This document shows, in pieces, positions 10,571 to 24,338 of a stretch of 64,000 nt of DNA. The number at the start of each line of letters is the position of its first letter. The stretch's first letter is position 1. Source of the DNA: Carcharhinus longimanus (taxonomy: Eukaryota); contig JASCQW010000072.1 of NCBI GenBank assembly GCA_030264375.1, positions 83,488,017 through 83,552,016 on the forward strand. Direction: 5' to 3'. The translations under genes were made by a program, and so were the position numbers. The notes under the pieces were generated by a model. It saw only the letters and a program-made list of their open reading frames with translations, ran no database searches and was not told the origin of the DNA.

Positions 10571-12829
10571 AAGGTGGTCTCTGACACTCCCAAAGCAGTT
10601 AACTGACGGATTTGGCAATAGCCTGAAAGGAGGGACATCGCCACACTCTCAGCTACATAGCTGCCACTGCAGGGAGGAAAACACGGGGGAAAAAAATGAT
10701 GGGAAAACAGAAGAAATTTACCCAATAATGTCCGGTGAAAAATAAGTTAAAAGAAACTGAATCACATAATTTGCCCAATTGATAGCTAGCTGTGTTACCA
10801 CTGGGCTGAGCCCTTTGTAACAATAACAGAGTTCACACCATTTGACTAACTGATGTATTGCCAGTTGCTTATCCTTCACTATTTTAATGAAGAATGATTC
10901 TCAAACAGTACATTAAACATCAAAACATGTTCATGCATTTCACAGCAGCTAAGCAATCCTTATAAGCCCTGCATGCCCACAGCTGATACAGCCCTCGAGA
11001 TGCAGAAAATCTCCAACACATGGTTACATTGGCACATCTGGACTGAATAAGGCAAATCAGTAATGGCTAGCCTCAATAAATGTTTCTCCATCAAGTTAGT
11101 GATTCTTTTTCTTCTGCCTCCTTCCTTTACTTTATTTCCTCCTCCCTTTTCCTCATAAATCTGCTTGGTCCCTTCTTGGCTTCATTCCAGCAAGTCAATC
11201 TGAATTTCCCTAACCCGATGAGCAATGGGGAAAGGGAAGTAAATGACTTACCCCCATGGTTTTGGAGTCGAACAGCAAGTTGAGGTAAAATGATAATAAG
11301 CTCCTTGTAAGTCAAGAGGAGTAGTAATGCTTTCTACCACCAATGCCCCCCACCACGTCACTCCAGTCCCTAATGCTGATCATAGTCCCTCTTCATTAAC
11401 AGAAACAGATTTCCCCCACTACCAGCCCCCTGCTCCCACTTCCCTATATCAGGCCTGCCCCATGATCTGTGCAGACCGAGCCTGCAATTGGCTGGCTCCA
11501 TCTCTCCATGTTCAGGTGTTAGGCCCTGCCAGCCATTAGATCATAACCATCCGGCACAATCTGTGACATCTGTAACACGGATGGTCCCTAATTTCTGCAT
11601 CTGAGGCCTCCCATCACTGGCATTTCCACCAGTTAGCCGACAGGAAGGCAATAGATTGTAAAAATAAATGATAGTAAGTCCTGCCACCAATATTAGCAGG
11701 ACATCTGCTAGTCTTCAATTTCAGGGCTTCCCTCATGCTACTGTGTTTCTCTCTCCTCCCCAAAAGCAACGGGGCCATAACTGAAGCTAGTGGACTATCC
11801 ATAAGATGGTTTCTTCTGCATTTTCTGTTCGGACATGATTCATGCTCTATACAAAAGGCTGGATACAGTGTGAAACTATGTAATATCCTGTTTGTAAGCC
11901 TAAACTAAAATTGTAACAGAACTAACTAAATCTTCACAACATCCTGTTTCATAATTCATCAGATGCCTCAGTTTGTGGTCATTTGTTTTTTAAAAAAAGA
12001 ACTACGATGGAATCATGTTAAAGGTGCAATTAATCATCTGTAATTAACCTCAAACAGTGGCCAAACTAACTGGCACAAACTGGCAATCCCATACAAGAGT
12101 AGTCCACAGGTTTGCTGGTGTACAGGGGAGAATGCAGTCCTCTTAAGTTTGCACCCGAGGGTAATTATTAGGAAGGCTAGAGGAAGTTTCATATGAATGT
12201 GAGGCGTGTGGAATGGAAAGCATTCTATTCTCCAACATCAACACCCCCACAGCAGTGAGAACAAAGTTCCTAACAGGAAGTGTTACAATGAATATTTTAT
12301 GTAAAAAGCTTTATTCATAGTGCAGGTCTGTATGTGCTATGACTTTGACGATATAATACATCTTTTAATATGTCCTACTGAATAGATATGTGTCCTATTG
12401 TTTTTTGATTGCATCCTATATAGTAAACTAGGCCTCAAGTTTCATTGCACAACCTCTCATTTATATCATATATTAAGTTTACTCATCACCCAATAACATT
12501 TGTTTCTCCCTGAAGCTAGACTGTAATGTATATAGTCTTGGACAATCAGAAATAAATCAATGGACTGGAATCAAATGAAGACACTCAGCTGGATTACATG
12601 TAGAATATTGGACATCTAGGAGTGAGTTAAAATTTGAACCTAATGGAGGTGTTCAAATGGTTTATAAAGATATGGGAGTAAATTTACACCTGGATTTCAA
12701 CCAAGGGGTTCAGCTGAAGTCATGTTTACATTAGTCAGCTCATTACCAACTAACAATCATAAAAATTATAGCATAAAGGAAGGTCATTCAAGTCATTGTG
12801 CCTCTTCAACAAGAGCTGTCTAATCCCAG

Positions 12830-13050
12830 CAAGCACATGGGAACATCACCATCTCAAAGGCTTCCTTCTTCAATCACACACAATCTACCATCATTCCTTC
12901 ACAGTCACTGGGTCAAAAAGTTATTTCACAGCATTATGGGCTTACTTACGTCACATGGGTTGCAGCAGTTCAAGATGGCAACTCACCACCAACTCCTCAT
13001 AAGCAATTAGGGATGGATAATAAAATTTGAACACACCCTATGAATGAATC
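12830..13050 (+). mobile_element. LINE 3' fragment (CR1/L2-group family with caccaccacc...gggcaataaatgctgg tail)
   Basis: tccttcacagtcactgggtcaaaa...gcagcagttcaagatggcaactcaccacc...gcaattagggatggataataaa. Confidence 0.65.
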
Positions 13051-13147
13051 TTTCAACTCCCTGCTAACTTAAATTATTTTGTATCTTTCCTTTTCAAATT
13101 TTATTCAATTTCCTTTTAAACTATAAACATCACCTCATTGGACACAT

Positions 13148-13545
13148 ATCGCTGGGCTATTAATCCAGAAACTCAGCTAATGTTCTGGAGACCTGGGTTC
13201 GAAATCTGCCAAGGTAGATGGTAGAATTGGATTTCAATAAAAATATGGAATTAAGCATCTACTGATTATCATGAAACCACTGTTGATTGTTGGAAAAACT
13301 CATCTAGTTCATTAATGTCTTTTAGGGGAAAATATCTGCTGTCCTTCCCTGGTCTGGCCTACACTTGACTCTACAGCTATAGCAATGTGGTTGACTCTCA
13401 AATGCCCTCTGAAATGGCCTAGCAAGCCATTCAATTGTACCAATCACTCAGGAAGGCAGCTCACCACCACCTTCTCAAGGGCAACTAGGATTGGGCAATT
13501 AATGCTGGCCAGCCAGCGACACCCATGTCCCACAAATGAATAAAG
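13148..13545 (+). mobile_element. tRNA-headed SINE, second family, sharing its 3' tail with the LINE at 39560
   Basis: cctgggttcgaaatc B-box-like head; ggtctggcctacacttgactc...aaatggcctagcaagcc...gggcaattaatgctggccagccagcgacaccc. Paralogous copy at 40155-40530. Confidence 0.75.
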
Positions 13546-15235
13546 GAAACTTTTGCCAGAACAGAAAATTCAGAATTTATAACTCTTGTTTGCCAACTGG
13601 TGAGTACAATTTACCCTGTCAAAGCTTATCACAATTTTGGAAACCTTTCTGTTTTTAGCCTTTCACCTCTGTGATTCCTCACTCTTGCCATGAACACCAT
13701 TCCTGTAATAAGGTGCCTAAAACTGTATACAATACTTCCAGTTGTGGCTTAGCGTGGTCTTGTACAAATTCAACATCACACTCTCATTCTTAACATTCAG
13801 TGCCTCGTATAGAATCCAGAATTTCATTGCCTATTTTTTAAGATTGCTTGTTCTCCCCACATACGTTCCAACTGTTAAACTACAGGACAGGGCAATGCTA
13901 TCTTCTACTTAACACTTTGTGAAACAACACAATATAAATGGTTTCTGCCCAATGTAAGTTCACTGATCAATCGACATCAAGCGGCTGCAAGTGGAAAATC
14001 ATATCGCAAATGGTAAAATCAAAATTCATGATGGCAAAAAAATAAAATTGTCCCCCATTCCACCAACTCTTTTGAAGAGAAATAAGGTGCTGACCAGGTC
14101 ATGGAGGACTAATGTTGGAATGTTTTCATGTTTTAGAGCAGAAAATGTCACCCTTCTGAATAATGTTTAGCTGTTCTATTATCTCCGTTTCCACAAAATG
14201 TCTATTTACATACTGGTAAAATTGCATCTTTCCAGTACATTCTCATTCATTCCACTTAGGAAAATAGAAGTCTCTCTTTAAGAAAACATTCATTATTTGC
14301 ATTGTGAAATAAGATTACAGCCTTGTAATTCTTCCTTGTGTGTGTATTGATCTATTCAGGTAATTTTTTTTATTGGCGGCTAATTTGGCGCTCTGATATT
14401 GTGCAGACGGCTGCACTCAGTGTGCGGGCAAGTTGTCATAGCTTTCCACTTAATTCTCAAATATGGCGCTATCAGCACTTAATGAGTATTGATATAAGAC
14501 TGGCAATCGATCAATGTGAAATTTGATAAGAGGGCGCACATTGTTTTCAGCAATGTTCAGCTTTAACATTGCATCATGTTTCACTTCCTCTCTCTTTACA
14601 AATGAGCCTAAGATAAGTGTGAACTGCTGGAAGACATGGTCCATCTTCTGCTGTGTGCGTTTATGTTTTCGAAATGATGCTGTAGAAATTCTGGAGGGGC
14701 AAGGATTCTGGTTAACCATTTTGATATTCGTTGGTGCTGACTTTATGGACTGAGATTGTCTTTTCCAGTCCTGTATGTTCCTTTGTTATTATTCTATATA
14801 ACATTAAAAAAAGGGCTTTTTTTTTTGCCAATTCAATTTCCCTTTCGCTGATGATGTAACTCAAGTACCGACAGCGGTTTTGACACTTCCCGTCAAGATG
14901 AAAGCAGATGTTGAAGGAGACTCCAGATCTGAGCAACTGCAATCTTAAATTTTATAAATCCTGCTCTCAGGCATACTGAAAACAAATGTTTCACAGATAC
15001 TAATCACCCTGGCACACCTCACCCAATGGCCTTTTTATCATGTGCAAATGTGGACAGAATCAACAGGTGATTTCACCACTGAAGGCGTGGCTACACTATA
15101 TGATGCTGTTCTTGTTGAAGAGCTACATACATGCACTTGCCAATAGAGATTGCTGTATAGCAATCAGGACTAGCAATTCTGACCGATTTTCCCTCTCTAC
15201 ACTTCCCTGAAGCACCTCAAATTAAACAGTAGCAG

Positions 15236-15602
15236 TTCGAGAGAAGGTTAAGAGGTGACTTAATAGAGATTTACAAGATGATCAGAGGATTAGATAGGGT
15301 GGATAGTGAGAGCCTTTTTCCTCGGATGGTGATGGCTAGCATGAGGGGACATAGCTTTAAATTGAGGGATAATAGATACAGGACAGATGTCAGAGGTAGG
15401 TTCTTTGCTCACAGTAGGAAGGACGTGAAATGCACTGCCTGCAACAGTAATGGACTCGCCAACATGAAGAGCACTTAAATGGTCTTTGGATAAACATATG
15501 GATGATACTGGAATAGTGTAGGTTAGATGGGCTTTAGATTGGTTTCACAGCTTGGTGCAGCATCGAGGGCCGAAGGGCCTGTACTGCGCTGTAATGTTCT
15601 AT
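15236..15602 (+). mobile_element. CR1/HER1-like LINE 3' end
   Basis: Encodes RGDLIEIYKMIRGLDRVDSESLFPRM...RGHSFKLR...RTDVRGRFF (CR1 ORF2 C-terminus), then a gggccgaagggcctgtactgcgctgtaatgttcta tail. Confidence 0.9.
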
Positions 15603-15914
15603 ATTCAGGCCAATGCTGGTCAGAAAGGGATCAGGTAACTTGGATCAAATGTGTGACCCTCCAGGAGGTGTAGCTTAAACTTAAATGGGAAGTTTAAAAA
15701 AAAAATTTCATGGCATGTGGGCATCATTGTGCGGGCAGCATTTATTGCCCATCCATTATTGCCATCTAGAAGGTGATAGTGAGTTGTCTTCTTGAACCAC
15801 TGCAGTCCATATAGTTTAGGAACACCCTCAGTGCTGTGAGGAAGTGCGTTCCAGAATTTTGACCCAGTGGTGGAACATCAGTATAGTTTCATGTCAGGAT
15901 GCTGTGTGACTTGA

Positions 15915-16200
15915 ACACAAACTCTCTTCCACTTTCTTCCGTTGGGAAAAAGATACAGAAGTCTAAGGAAACCTACCCAACCAACTCAAGAACAGCTTCT
16001 TCCCTGCTTCCATCAGACTTTTCAATGGACCTACCTCATATTAAGTTGATCTTTTTCTACATCCTAGATATGACTGTAACACTACATTCTCCATTCTCTG
16101 TCCTTTCCTTCTCTATGTAAGTTATGCTTTATCTGTATAGTGTGCAGGAAACAAGACATTGCATTGTATGCTAATACATGTGACAATAATAAATCAAAAA
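15915..16200 (+). mobile_element. Rex1/Babar-like LINE 3' fragment nested in a minus-strand LINE fragment (15700-16290)
   Basis: gggaaaaagatacagaagtct...aactcaagaacagcttc...catgtgacaataataaatc; close to 42180-42443. Confidence 0.8.
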
Positions 16201-16430
16201 ATCCTGAAGGTAGTGGTGTTCCCATGTTTCTACTGCCCTTGCTTTTCTAGGTAGTATTTGGTGCAGATGTAGATTTGGAAGGTGCTGTTGAATAAGTACT
16301 ATGTTCCATGCATTGCAGTATTCAGTGAATCACACTGTTCAAAATGTTCAGAATTGAAAGAAAATGATGCAAAATTCAATATACATCCATAAAGAACCAC
16401 AGGATTTTTCATATATCAATTCAAATGAAT

Positions 16431-16705
16431 GGCATGGTGGTTGCCTCACAGTGCCAGAGGCCTGGGTTCGATTCCCGGCTTAGGTCACTGTCTGTGAGGA
16501 GTTTACACATTCTCCCTGTGTCTGTGTGGGTTTCCTCTGGGTCCTCCTATGGTCTGAAAGATGTGCTGGTTAGGTGCATCGGCCATGCTAAATTCTCCCT
16601 CAGTGTACCCAAACAGTCACTGGAGTGTGGCAACTGGGGGATTTTCACAGTAACTTCATTGCAGTGTTAATGTAAGCCGACTTGTGATTAACAAATAAGC
16701 TTTAA
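16431..16705 (+). mobile_element. HE1-like V-SINE, tail type B
   Basis: gcctcacagtgccag...gggttcgattcccgg...ggattttcacagtaacttcattgcagtgttaatgtaagcc. Confidence 0.9.
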
Positions 16706-16904
16706 AAATCAGGCATAAGTACGTTGTAAATGGAATAGGCAACTCTGCAATATAGTTACATCATGGCTGATTTTTATCGCAACACATTTTACCCATTTTC
16801 TTCCAAGGCAGGATTTGGCCAGTTGATTTTACTTTAGATGTTGCACCCGGACAATGGAATAAACTTGGACAAAATAAAGAAGGACATTTGCATCAATTAT
16901 GTAC

Positions 16905-17087
16905 GCCAAAGATGTGCAGGTTAGGTGGATTGGCCATGATCAATTGTAGGTTAGATGAGATTATTCATGGTAAATGTGTGAAATTACAGGAATANNNNNN
17001 NNNNGGTAAGATACTGCGTCAGTGTTGATTCAGACTCAAAGGGCCAAATGGCCTCTTCAGCACTGGAGGGTTTCTGTGATTCTATGA
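16905..17087 (+). mobile_element. V-SINE 3' half, tail A (contains a 10-N gap)
   Basis: ccaaagatgtgcaggttaggtggattggccatg...gggccaaatggcctcttc...gattctatga. Confidence 0.75.
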
Positions 17088-18549
17088 TCCTGGAGGGAAT
17101 TTCTGATTGAGGTTTTATATAGACAAACTTTGGGCAGTTGTTGCATTCACTATTGCAAAGAATAACTCAAACTATTTAGAAAGGCTTTTTGAAAAGCACT
17201 TGAATTATCATTTCAATACATTTATTATCTGCAGCACCATCTTACAAGACCTTCAGCATAGCAAGTGAGGAAACTGACTATTTGCGTGAATGACATCGTC
17301 CATACGGTGATTGGAAAGTGGAGACAGGAAGCAGGAAACAGGTGCTCCCTGTTGCCTAGGCAACCCACAAAACAAACAAATCTCTTCCTTAAAACAGGAA
17401 CACAGCCCTCACATTGAATGCAACTGTTATTTGCTCAAGTTGTGCATTGAAACATGGCAAAGCACATCCGAAACTGTTAAAATCAACCTGAAAGCCCTTG
17501 TGTTGAAATGGCTAAACCACGTTGTTGAAAGGAAGGGCTGATTTTCTTACTGGCTCCTGTATTGGGGGAACATCATGGTAAAGTTGTATAGGACCATCAA
17601 ACCCAGTCAGACCCAAATTGGAGATCCAGGGACCAACAATATCTCACTCAAATTGGAGCAAAATCTGCATGGTCAGCACAAAACAAGGGAGGGTCATAGC
17701 CGAGGCAAGGTTCAATCTGGCAGCCCAGTAAATTGACCTTCAGAGATGCTCTGCAATAGGTCTGTGGCCAATCTTGCCGTGAGCCTAAAATGTTTGCTTC
17801 TTGACCTCTATGGTGTTATCAATTGCTAGGAAGAAGCAAAATAAGTTCTCTCAGAAAGAGAAAAAGATGGAACATTAAAATCAGCCGATTCCGCTAGAGA
17901 CCTGGCAGCCTCTCAGTGGAATAGCAAAGTGACACATTCCACTGTCCTACACAGCATTTCTGTAAAAAGCCTGCACAAACCTCTGTCAATATGAATGCAC
18001 CTATTTTGTCATTGACCATGTCGTCTCCAAAATGAGTACAGTTTAAATAAAAAGGCCATACACCATGCTGACAGTCTTTCAATGTCTTTCAAAGCTAGAC
18101 CATGCAACTGCAGTCCTAGACAACACAGAGACTCTGCAAATTAAAGACAAAGGAAACAATCCTGCTGGCTCATCACACAGGTTGATTGGGACGCCTGTGC
18201 AATGGCACCCCTAGGGCCAGCAACTGGCTTCCTGTCATGAACTGCCCACCTTTTCTACTAGCAAGAATCATACTTTGCCTCTTTTTTCCTAAGTGCCATA
18301 TGACTGTGTCCAGAAACTCACCCAAAAAAGTGGGCGCGATTCTCTCCCATTTTCACACACATTCGGCACTTCGAACTTTTTTCAGGAAAGAATCAAGGCT
18401 CATCAGAAGTAATCAGCTAGGTGTAATATATCTTCATAAATTAACAATTGCTGCTGCTTTCACAATCAGGGATAACTTTGGAAACTCAGTGACAATCTGT
18501 ATTCTATTTATATCACATCGTTATTCTTCTCCATTCCCTCCACTCCTAA

Positions 18550-18740
18550 AGGGGATTTCCTGCTCCCCGCCACGACATGTTTTCTGGCAGTGGAGGCAGC
18601 CTCAGTATTGGCTGCTGGCAGGATTTTCCAGTCCTGATGATGCCTCATGACATTGTGTGTGGCTCACTCAGTCTGCTGCCACAGAACCTGTGGTGGGGGT
18701 GGATCACCTTCAGCAGGACTGAAAGAGCCAGAAAACCTTG
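18550..18740. mobile_element. GC-rich MITE-like element
   Basis: ggggatttcctgctccccgcc...catgttttctggcagtggaggc...ggcaggattttccagtcctg; related to 21688-21846. Confidence 0.45.
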
Positions 18741-18964
18741 TCCACTGATTTTCAGGAGGGTATTTCAATGCTTCAGTGATAACTCAACTTCCCAAACAGC
18801 ACAAAGTATGATACTTGATGTATTGATTTGTATAAGGTAATCTTTCAGAATCTCTACGCTTTTAAAGGTTGTTTCGGTGAAAACTTCAAATGCTAGAACA
18901 ACGAATTGATAACTCTACAGTTGAACCACTCTCCCTGGAACTCTTATTAGACTAATATCTAGAA

Positions 18965-19660
18965 TGGGTGGGTTGTCTTATGAGGAAAGGTCGTACAGGC
19001 TGGGCTTGTATGCACTGGAGTAAGAGGCAATTTGATTGAAATGTAAGGTTCTAAGCAGTCTTGACAAGGCGGATGTCAAGGGGATGTTTCCCCACTTGTG
19101 GGAGAATCTAGAGCTAGGAGTCATTGTTTAAAATATGGGGTGCCCACTTACTATAAAGATGAGGAAAGATTTTCTCTCAGAGAATTGAGAGTCTTGAGGA
19201 CATTCTCCCTCAAAAGGCAGTGTAAGCAAAGTCTTTTAAGGCACGGATAGATTCTTCTTGCAAGCTGCCCCCATTCTCAAATTCAATATTTCACAATCGG
19301 TCTATGCTATTAAAACGGTACTCTAACTCTTTTAAGGTCTTTAATAATGCTTTGATCTTTCTCTGTAACTGCAATACTATGTTTTGCACCCTCTCCTTTC
19401 CTTCTCCCCTATGTAATCTATGAACAATATGTTTTGTCTGAACAGCATGCAAGAAACAATACTTTTCACTGGAGCCCAATACATGTGACAAAAATAAATC
19501 AAATCAAATTCTTGAGAAGCAAGACAGTGGAAGGCTACAAGGAGTAGGTGGCAATGCGGAGTTGAGATTACAATCAGATCAGCCATGAAGTTATTAAACG
19601 GTGCAGTGAACTTGAGGGGCTGAATGGCCTACTCCTGCTCCTAATTCCTACGCTCATGTT
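18965..19660 (+). mobile_element. CR1-like LINE 3' fragment interrupted by a Rex1-like fragment (~19290-19510)
   Basis: gtcttatgaggaaagg...gggcttgta...gggagaatctagagctagg, resuming after caaatcaaat to gaatggcctactcctgctcctaattcc. Confidence 0.8.
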
Positions 19661-20814
19661 TCTTAAGTTGAAGCATGTGAAGGAAAGCTGAAATCAAAGA
19701 AAGTTTCAGTGAGTACTCAGCAGCTATGTGTGCATTGTTTTCTTATTTTCACGTATTACTGTACTGCTCTAGGGAAACAGAATGTGGAAAGGGACTGTAA
19801 ACAGTCAAACAGGAGAGGATTGTGCATCGTGACTCATGATGAGATCCCCACTCTTGCAATGTGAAGATCCTTTATCTTCCCTCCCACCCTTTAATTCCCC
19901 CCTAAAATAGCAAGTCACAGTGAATACAAACTTTTGCTATTCTCCTTGCTGCGGAATTATGTGTAAACCCACTCTCTGGTGTTGAAAGAAAAGAGAAGGA
20001 TCAATGAACTTTTATAATCATTGTTGTTGACATATTGTAGTAATTGCACTCACATTATCTTATCCTGTTGTGTTTGACATCAGACAGGCAGGCTATTGTC
20101 AAACTTAATTGCTTTCCAGGAAGTTAGGAAAAGGGCGGACGGAAATCAGGAATATAAAATAACTCTGGTTGCATGGATTTTGTCGCACATTTTTGTGGAC
20201 TGCCAATCTTTTGAGTACCATCTCTTCGTCTATTTTCAGACAAGAGAAACCCAAGTGTTAATTCCACACGTGCTTATATTGGACACTTGGTTGTTCGATT
20301 AATTTTGGATTACAAACTATATTCAAATAGAATGCCAAAGGTGCACTCTTTTCACAAGTGCTGAAATAATTCTGTTTCTGTTCCTGGCCAGTGCCAAGAT
20401 TTCACATACAGTTTAAGAGTTACTGAACTGAAGGCAATGCACTTGCCACAGCTCTGACTTGCTAAATTGATTAATGTGACTCGAGGAATTAATTTAAGGT
20501 GGAGATATGGATGGACACTAAAGGATTTGATCTAATTGGTTGAATTGCAAGGATGGTTAGCTGGTTTACACCTTAAAGGTGTCTTGTACACTGATCAAGG
20601 ATCCTTATGGGTCACAGCAACATTTATACTGCTAATATCTTTGCAAAATAACAAAATATGCATTCAATCCTGGATTGACATGCACAGTGTGAATGAAATC
20701 CATGTTGCTATAATGTTTGTGACAGTATAATGTAAACATGGGCCTAAAATGATGCAGGATTTCACCTCAAATCTTATGCCTTTAATCCCAATACATCAGT
20801 TTTAATCACCACAT

Positions 20815-22085
20815 CACTACAGAGTAGAAAGTGGCCATGTAACCCATCGTGTCTGCAGCGACTCACTGAAAGAGCAGTTTATCTAGTGTTATTTTCCTGT
20901 CATCCCCCTGTAACCCTGCATGTTTTTTCTTTTCAGTTAACAGATTAATTCTTCTTTAAATGCTTTGATTGAACCTGTCACCACCACACCCTCAGGCAGT
21001 GCATTCCAGACCTTAACCTCTCACTGCGTGAAATAGTTTTTCTGATATCACATTTGATTCTTTTGCCAATTACTTTAAATCACTGTCCTCTTAGGTGCAC
21101 TGACCCAAACAGGCACTGGAGTGTGGCAACTAGGGAAATTTCACAGTAACTTCTTTGCAGTGTTAATGTAAGCCTGACTTGTGACTAATGAATAAATTTT
21201 AAAACTTTTCTCATTCTCATTCTTCCTGAGTGAGAACAGTTATTCCCCATCTCCTGATGAATTTGAGTACCTTTATCAAGTCTCCTCTCAGCGTTCTTTA
21301 CTCCAAGGAAATCAGACTCAACTTCTTCAATCTATTTCCATAACTGAACATCCTCAACCCTGAAATCATTCTTGTGAATCTTCACTACACCTTTTCCAAA
21401 GCCGCCACACCTTTCCTAATGTTTTGACATGCAGCACTCCAGCCGAGGCCAAAATAGTATCTTCTAAAAATTCAACACAACCTCCCTGGTATACTCTAGG
21501 ATACTGCATGCTTAATGAACTGTTCTCTCAACCAGTCCTGCCTGATGTAATGAATATTTACACACAGCTCCCTCTATTCCTGCAAGTTGTATCCTTTGCT
21601 TTACATTGTCTCGCCAAGTTCTTCCAACGAAAATGATTCATTTAATATTTTTCTGCATCGAACTTCACCTGCCATCATTTTGTGAAAGGGCGGAATTCTC
21701 CAGCCTCCCAGCTACATGTTTTTCGGCAGCAGGAGGCGGCGCACCATTCGTTAGTGGTGGGATCCTCTGATCCTGCCGCTGTCAATGGGAATTCCCACAG
21801 AAGCCACCCCACTCCCCTGGGAAAGCCACGTGCTGGAATTTTTCATCCATTCACATGTCTTTTTGAAGTCTGACATTATCCTCCTCAGAGTTCAGAAAGT
21901 TCCCAACTTCTGTATCATCTACAAACTTTGAAATTGTGCTCCATGCACCAAGGTCTAGATCATTAATATCCACCAGGAAAAGCAAATGTCCCAACAATGA
22001 TGCCTGGGGAAATCGCCCATCAGCCTGAAAAAACATTAACCACTACCCGGTTTCCTGTGACTCAGCTAATTTGATATCCATGTTG
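20815..22085 (-). mobile_element. Decayed CR1-like LINE with nested V-SINE tail (21090-21205) and MITE (21688-21846)
   Basis: Minus ORF fragment FPQASLLGHLLFLVDINDLDLG...ISKFVDDT (RT PQG and FADD motifs, decayed); CR1 3' tail at ~20820. Confidence 0.8.
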
Positions 22086-22228
22086 CCATGGTATAATGCA
22101 TCCTGCATATTCACCTTAGCATGCTGCATAGCATCACAAGAGCTGTGTACTTCTGACATTACCCAAGCAGTGCCAAAGCAAAACAAAATACACCACGTAA
22201 AAGTTCAATGTCTATCTGGAATTCTTAC

Positions 22229-22369
22229 CTTAAATGTTGGGCTCCTGGGGCTGAGGGGAATGAACGGATCCTCCATTTCACTACCTGAAATACTAAGAAC
22301 TTTCTGGCGTTTCTCTGCTGCCTCCATCCTTCGTTTTTCTCGCTCTTCTCTCATTCTTCTTTTCTCTTC
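22229..22369 (-). CDS. LSP1: LSP1 coding exon, 141 nt, phase 0->0
   Basis: ttgtcctctcacag|GAA...TTT AAG|gtaaga; EEKRRMREEREKRRMEAAEKRQKVLSISGSEMEDPFIPLSPRSPTFK (compare caldesmon EEKRRLKEEIERRRAEAAEKRQK and LSP1 PLSPTTK). Confidence 0.95.
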
Positions 22370-22557
22370 CTGTGAGAGGACAAAAGAGATTTAGATTTAT
22401 CATCCCACAAAATGTGGACTTTCGATTTTATAATTGCAGTGCTGACAACTTGGAAAGTATTAAATTCGAAAAACTTGGTCAATTTCCTGTCATTATGTTA
22501 ATTCTACACATGCAACATCATCCTTCCTTTGACACTTTTGTTGTAACATTTCCTGTA

Positions 22558-22853
22558 CGGTGGCACAATGGTTAGCACTGATGATTCACTATGCCAGGGA
22601 CCTGGGTTCGATTCCCAGCTCAGGTCACTGTGCGGAATCTCCGCATTCTCCCAGCGTCTGCATGGGTTTTCTCTGGGTGCTCCGGTTTGCTCCCACAGTC
22701 TGAAAGACGTGCTGGTTAGGTGCACTGGCTATGCTATATTCTCCCTTGGTGTACCTGGACAGGTGTCAGAATGTGGCGACTTGAGGATTTTCACAGTAAC
22801 TTCACTGCAGTATGAATATAAGCATACTTGTGACACCAATAAATAAACTTTAA
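22558..22853 (+). mobile_element. HE1-like V-SINE, tail type B
   Basis: cggtggcacaatggttagcac...cctgggttcgattcccagc...gattttcacagtaacttc...tacttgtgacaccaataaataaacttt. Confidence 0.9.
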
Positions 22854-23047
22854 ACTGCAACATCTTTTTTGTAGCATTTCACAACTCACTCTTAATCATA
22901 GTGAAAATAGACGACGTTATTGGGCAGAAGGACTAATAGTTTTGAATGGACACAGCGTGTGATCACTCAGAGGCTCATTATTCTGCCACACCTGACTGGA
23001 TCATCCTTCCCATCTAATTTGCTACCAATCTTACTGCTGCCAGCTAG

Positions 23048-23369
23048 TGTTAGAATGTAACCGGTGACAACATTGTATTGGATGTAATGTGACCAATGGT
23101 AACAAGCTTTGAGGGTCTGCTGACCCACTAAACCATGGAACCAATTACAGAATGATGTGATGGTCAGCTGACCAGCTGACTCACTATAAATAAGAATCTG
23201 TTGGAAATTGTGGTGAACTTAGACTGGTCTAGAGCCAGGCCCCAAGCTGGGAGTAATGAAGTTTCTTTATTAAACCCTGTTTTTGATTTATAAGTTGGAG
23301 TAATGTTGCAGATCTAAGTGAGTTTTAAATGTGGGAAAACTTAAACATTTTAAAACACTGATTCTTACA
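23048..23369 (+). mobile_element. Solo LTR (Gypsy/ERV-type), 322 bp
   Basis: TGTTAGAAT...ATTCTTACA terminal inverted repeat (8/9 match), two CCAAT boxes, CTATAAATA TATA box, ATTAAA poly(A) signal. No clean TSD. Confidence 0.65.
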
Positions 23370-24091
23370 ACTGAGCTGACTCTTTCTATCTCTCCTACCT
23401 TGATTTCTTCCTTAAAAAAATTTGAAGTAATTTTAAAATACCCTGGCACCAAATGTTAGCAGTTTATCTGCCCCACTACACCATGAGGCCATACTGCTTC
23501 TGTTATCTAATAGTGAACCAGTGCCCAAATGGTTTAGAAGGCCATACATATGGTCGCTAGAGACCAAAGGAACCCTCTGAAGCCTTGGATAAGGACACCA
23601 TAGAAATGAAAGAATAGCTGCAGCATGTAAACAGGAGGATGCATGTTCCTCAGCTCAATATGGAGCATTATGCTCAAGCAAAGGTTCCAGGGGTTCACAG
23701 TCATGTTCTTCTACAACTTGGAAAATCATAGCCTGTTGGTTCAACTTCAAAACACATTTGTCTTCAGGCAGAAAGATGAAGAGGATGTTGCTGGAAGCTG
23801 GACCAATATAACAATGGAGGAAGACCATTTTCAGTCAGTGTACAGGTTACAGTTACCCAAACAGTTACCCAATAACAATTCAGCTCAATAACTCACCAGG
23901 GTGTCCTCGGGCTGGCATGGACAAGGTGGGTCAAACTGCCTCTTTCTGTGCTGTAACTTTTCTACATGTCTAAGCACTTTGGATTTCCCTGCAGTGTTTG
24001 GCTCAGAGTTGCTGACCTTACCTCTGAACCATTGGTGGTGCCCCTAAACATCAACCTTAAAAGACCAATAGCTGTGGTTAACCGTGCCCAC

Positions 24092-24338
24092 CTCCTCTCT
24101 GGCTTGGAGCTCCTCCTCTTGTTGCTGCCGTCGGAACTCCTCCTCCTCCCTCAGCCTACGCCGGTCCTCTCGCCTCTTCTTCAGCTCCTCCAGCTCCAGC
24201 TCGGCATCGTGGCCCTTCTGCCGCAGCCGCTCATACTCCTGATTTTCCTTCTCATCGAGGCTCCGGCGGATCTGCTCCAGCTTCTGCTCGGCCTCCAGGC
24301 GAGTAAACTCCGCCTCCTCATCTGCTTCAGGAAACTCG
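24092..24338 (-). CDS. LSP1: LSP1 coding exon, 247 nt, phase 2->0, caldesmon-like coiled coil
   Basis: catattccag|C GAG...GAG GAG|gtgggc; EFPEADEEAEFTRLEAEQKLEQIRRSLDEKENQEYERLRQKGHDAELELEELKKRREDRRRLREEEEFRRQQQEEELQAREE. Aligns with caldesmon EAGKRLEELRRRRGETESEEFEKLKQKQQEAALELEELKKKREERRKVLEEEE. Confidence 0.95.
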
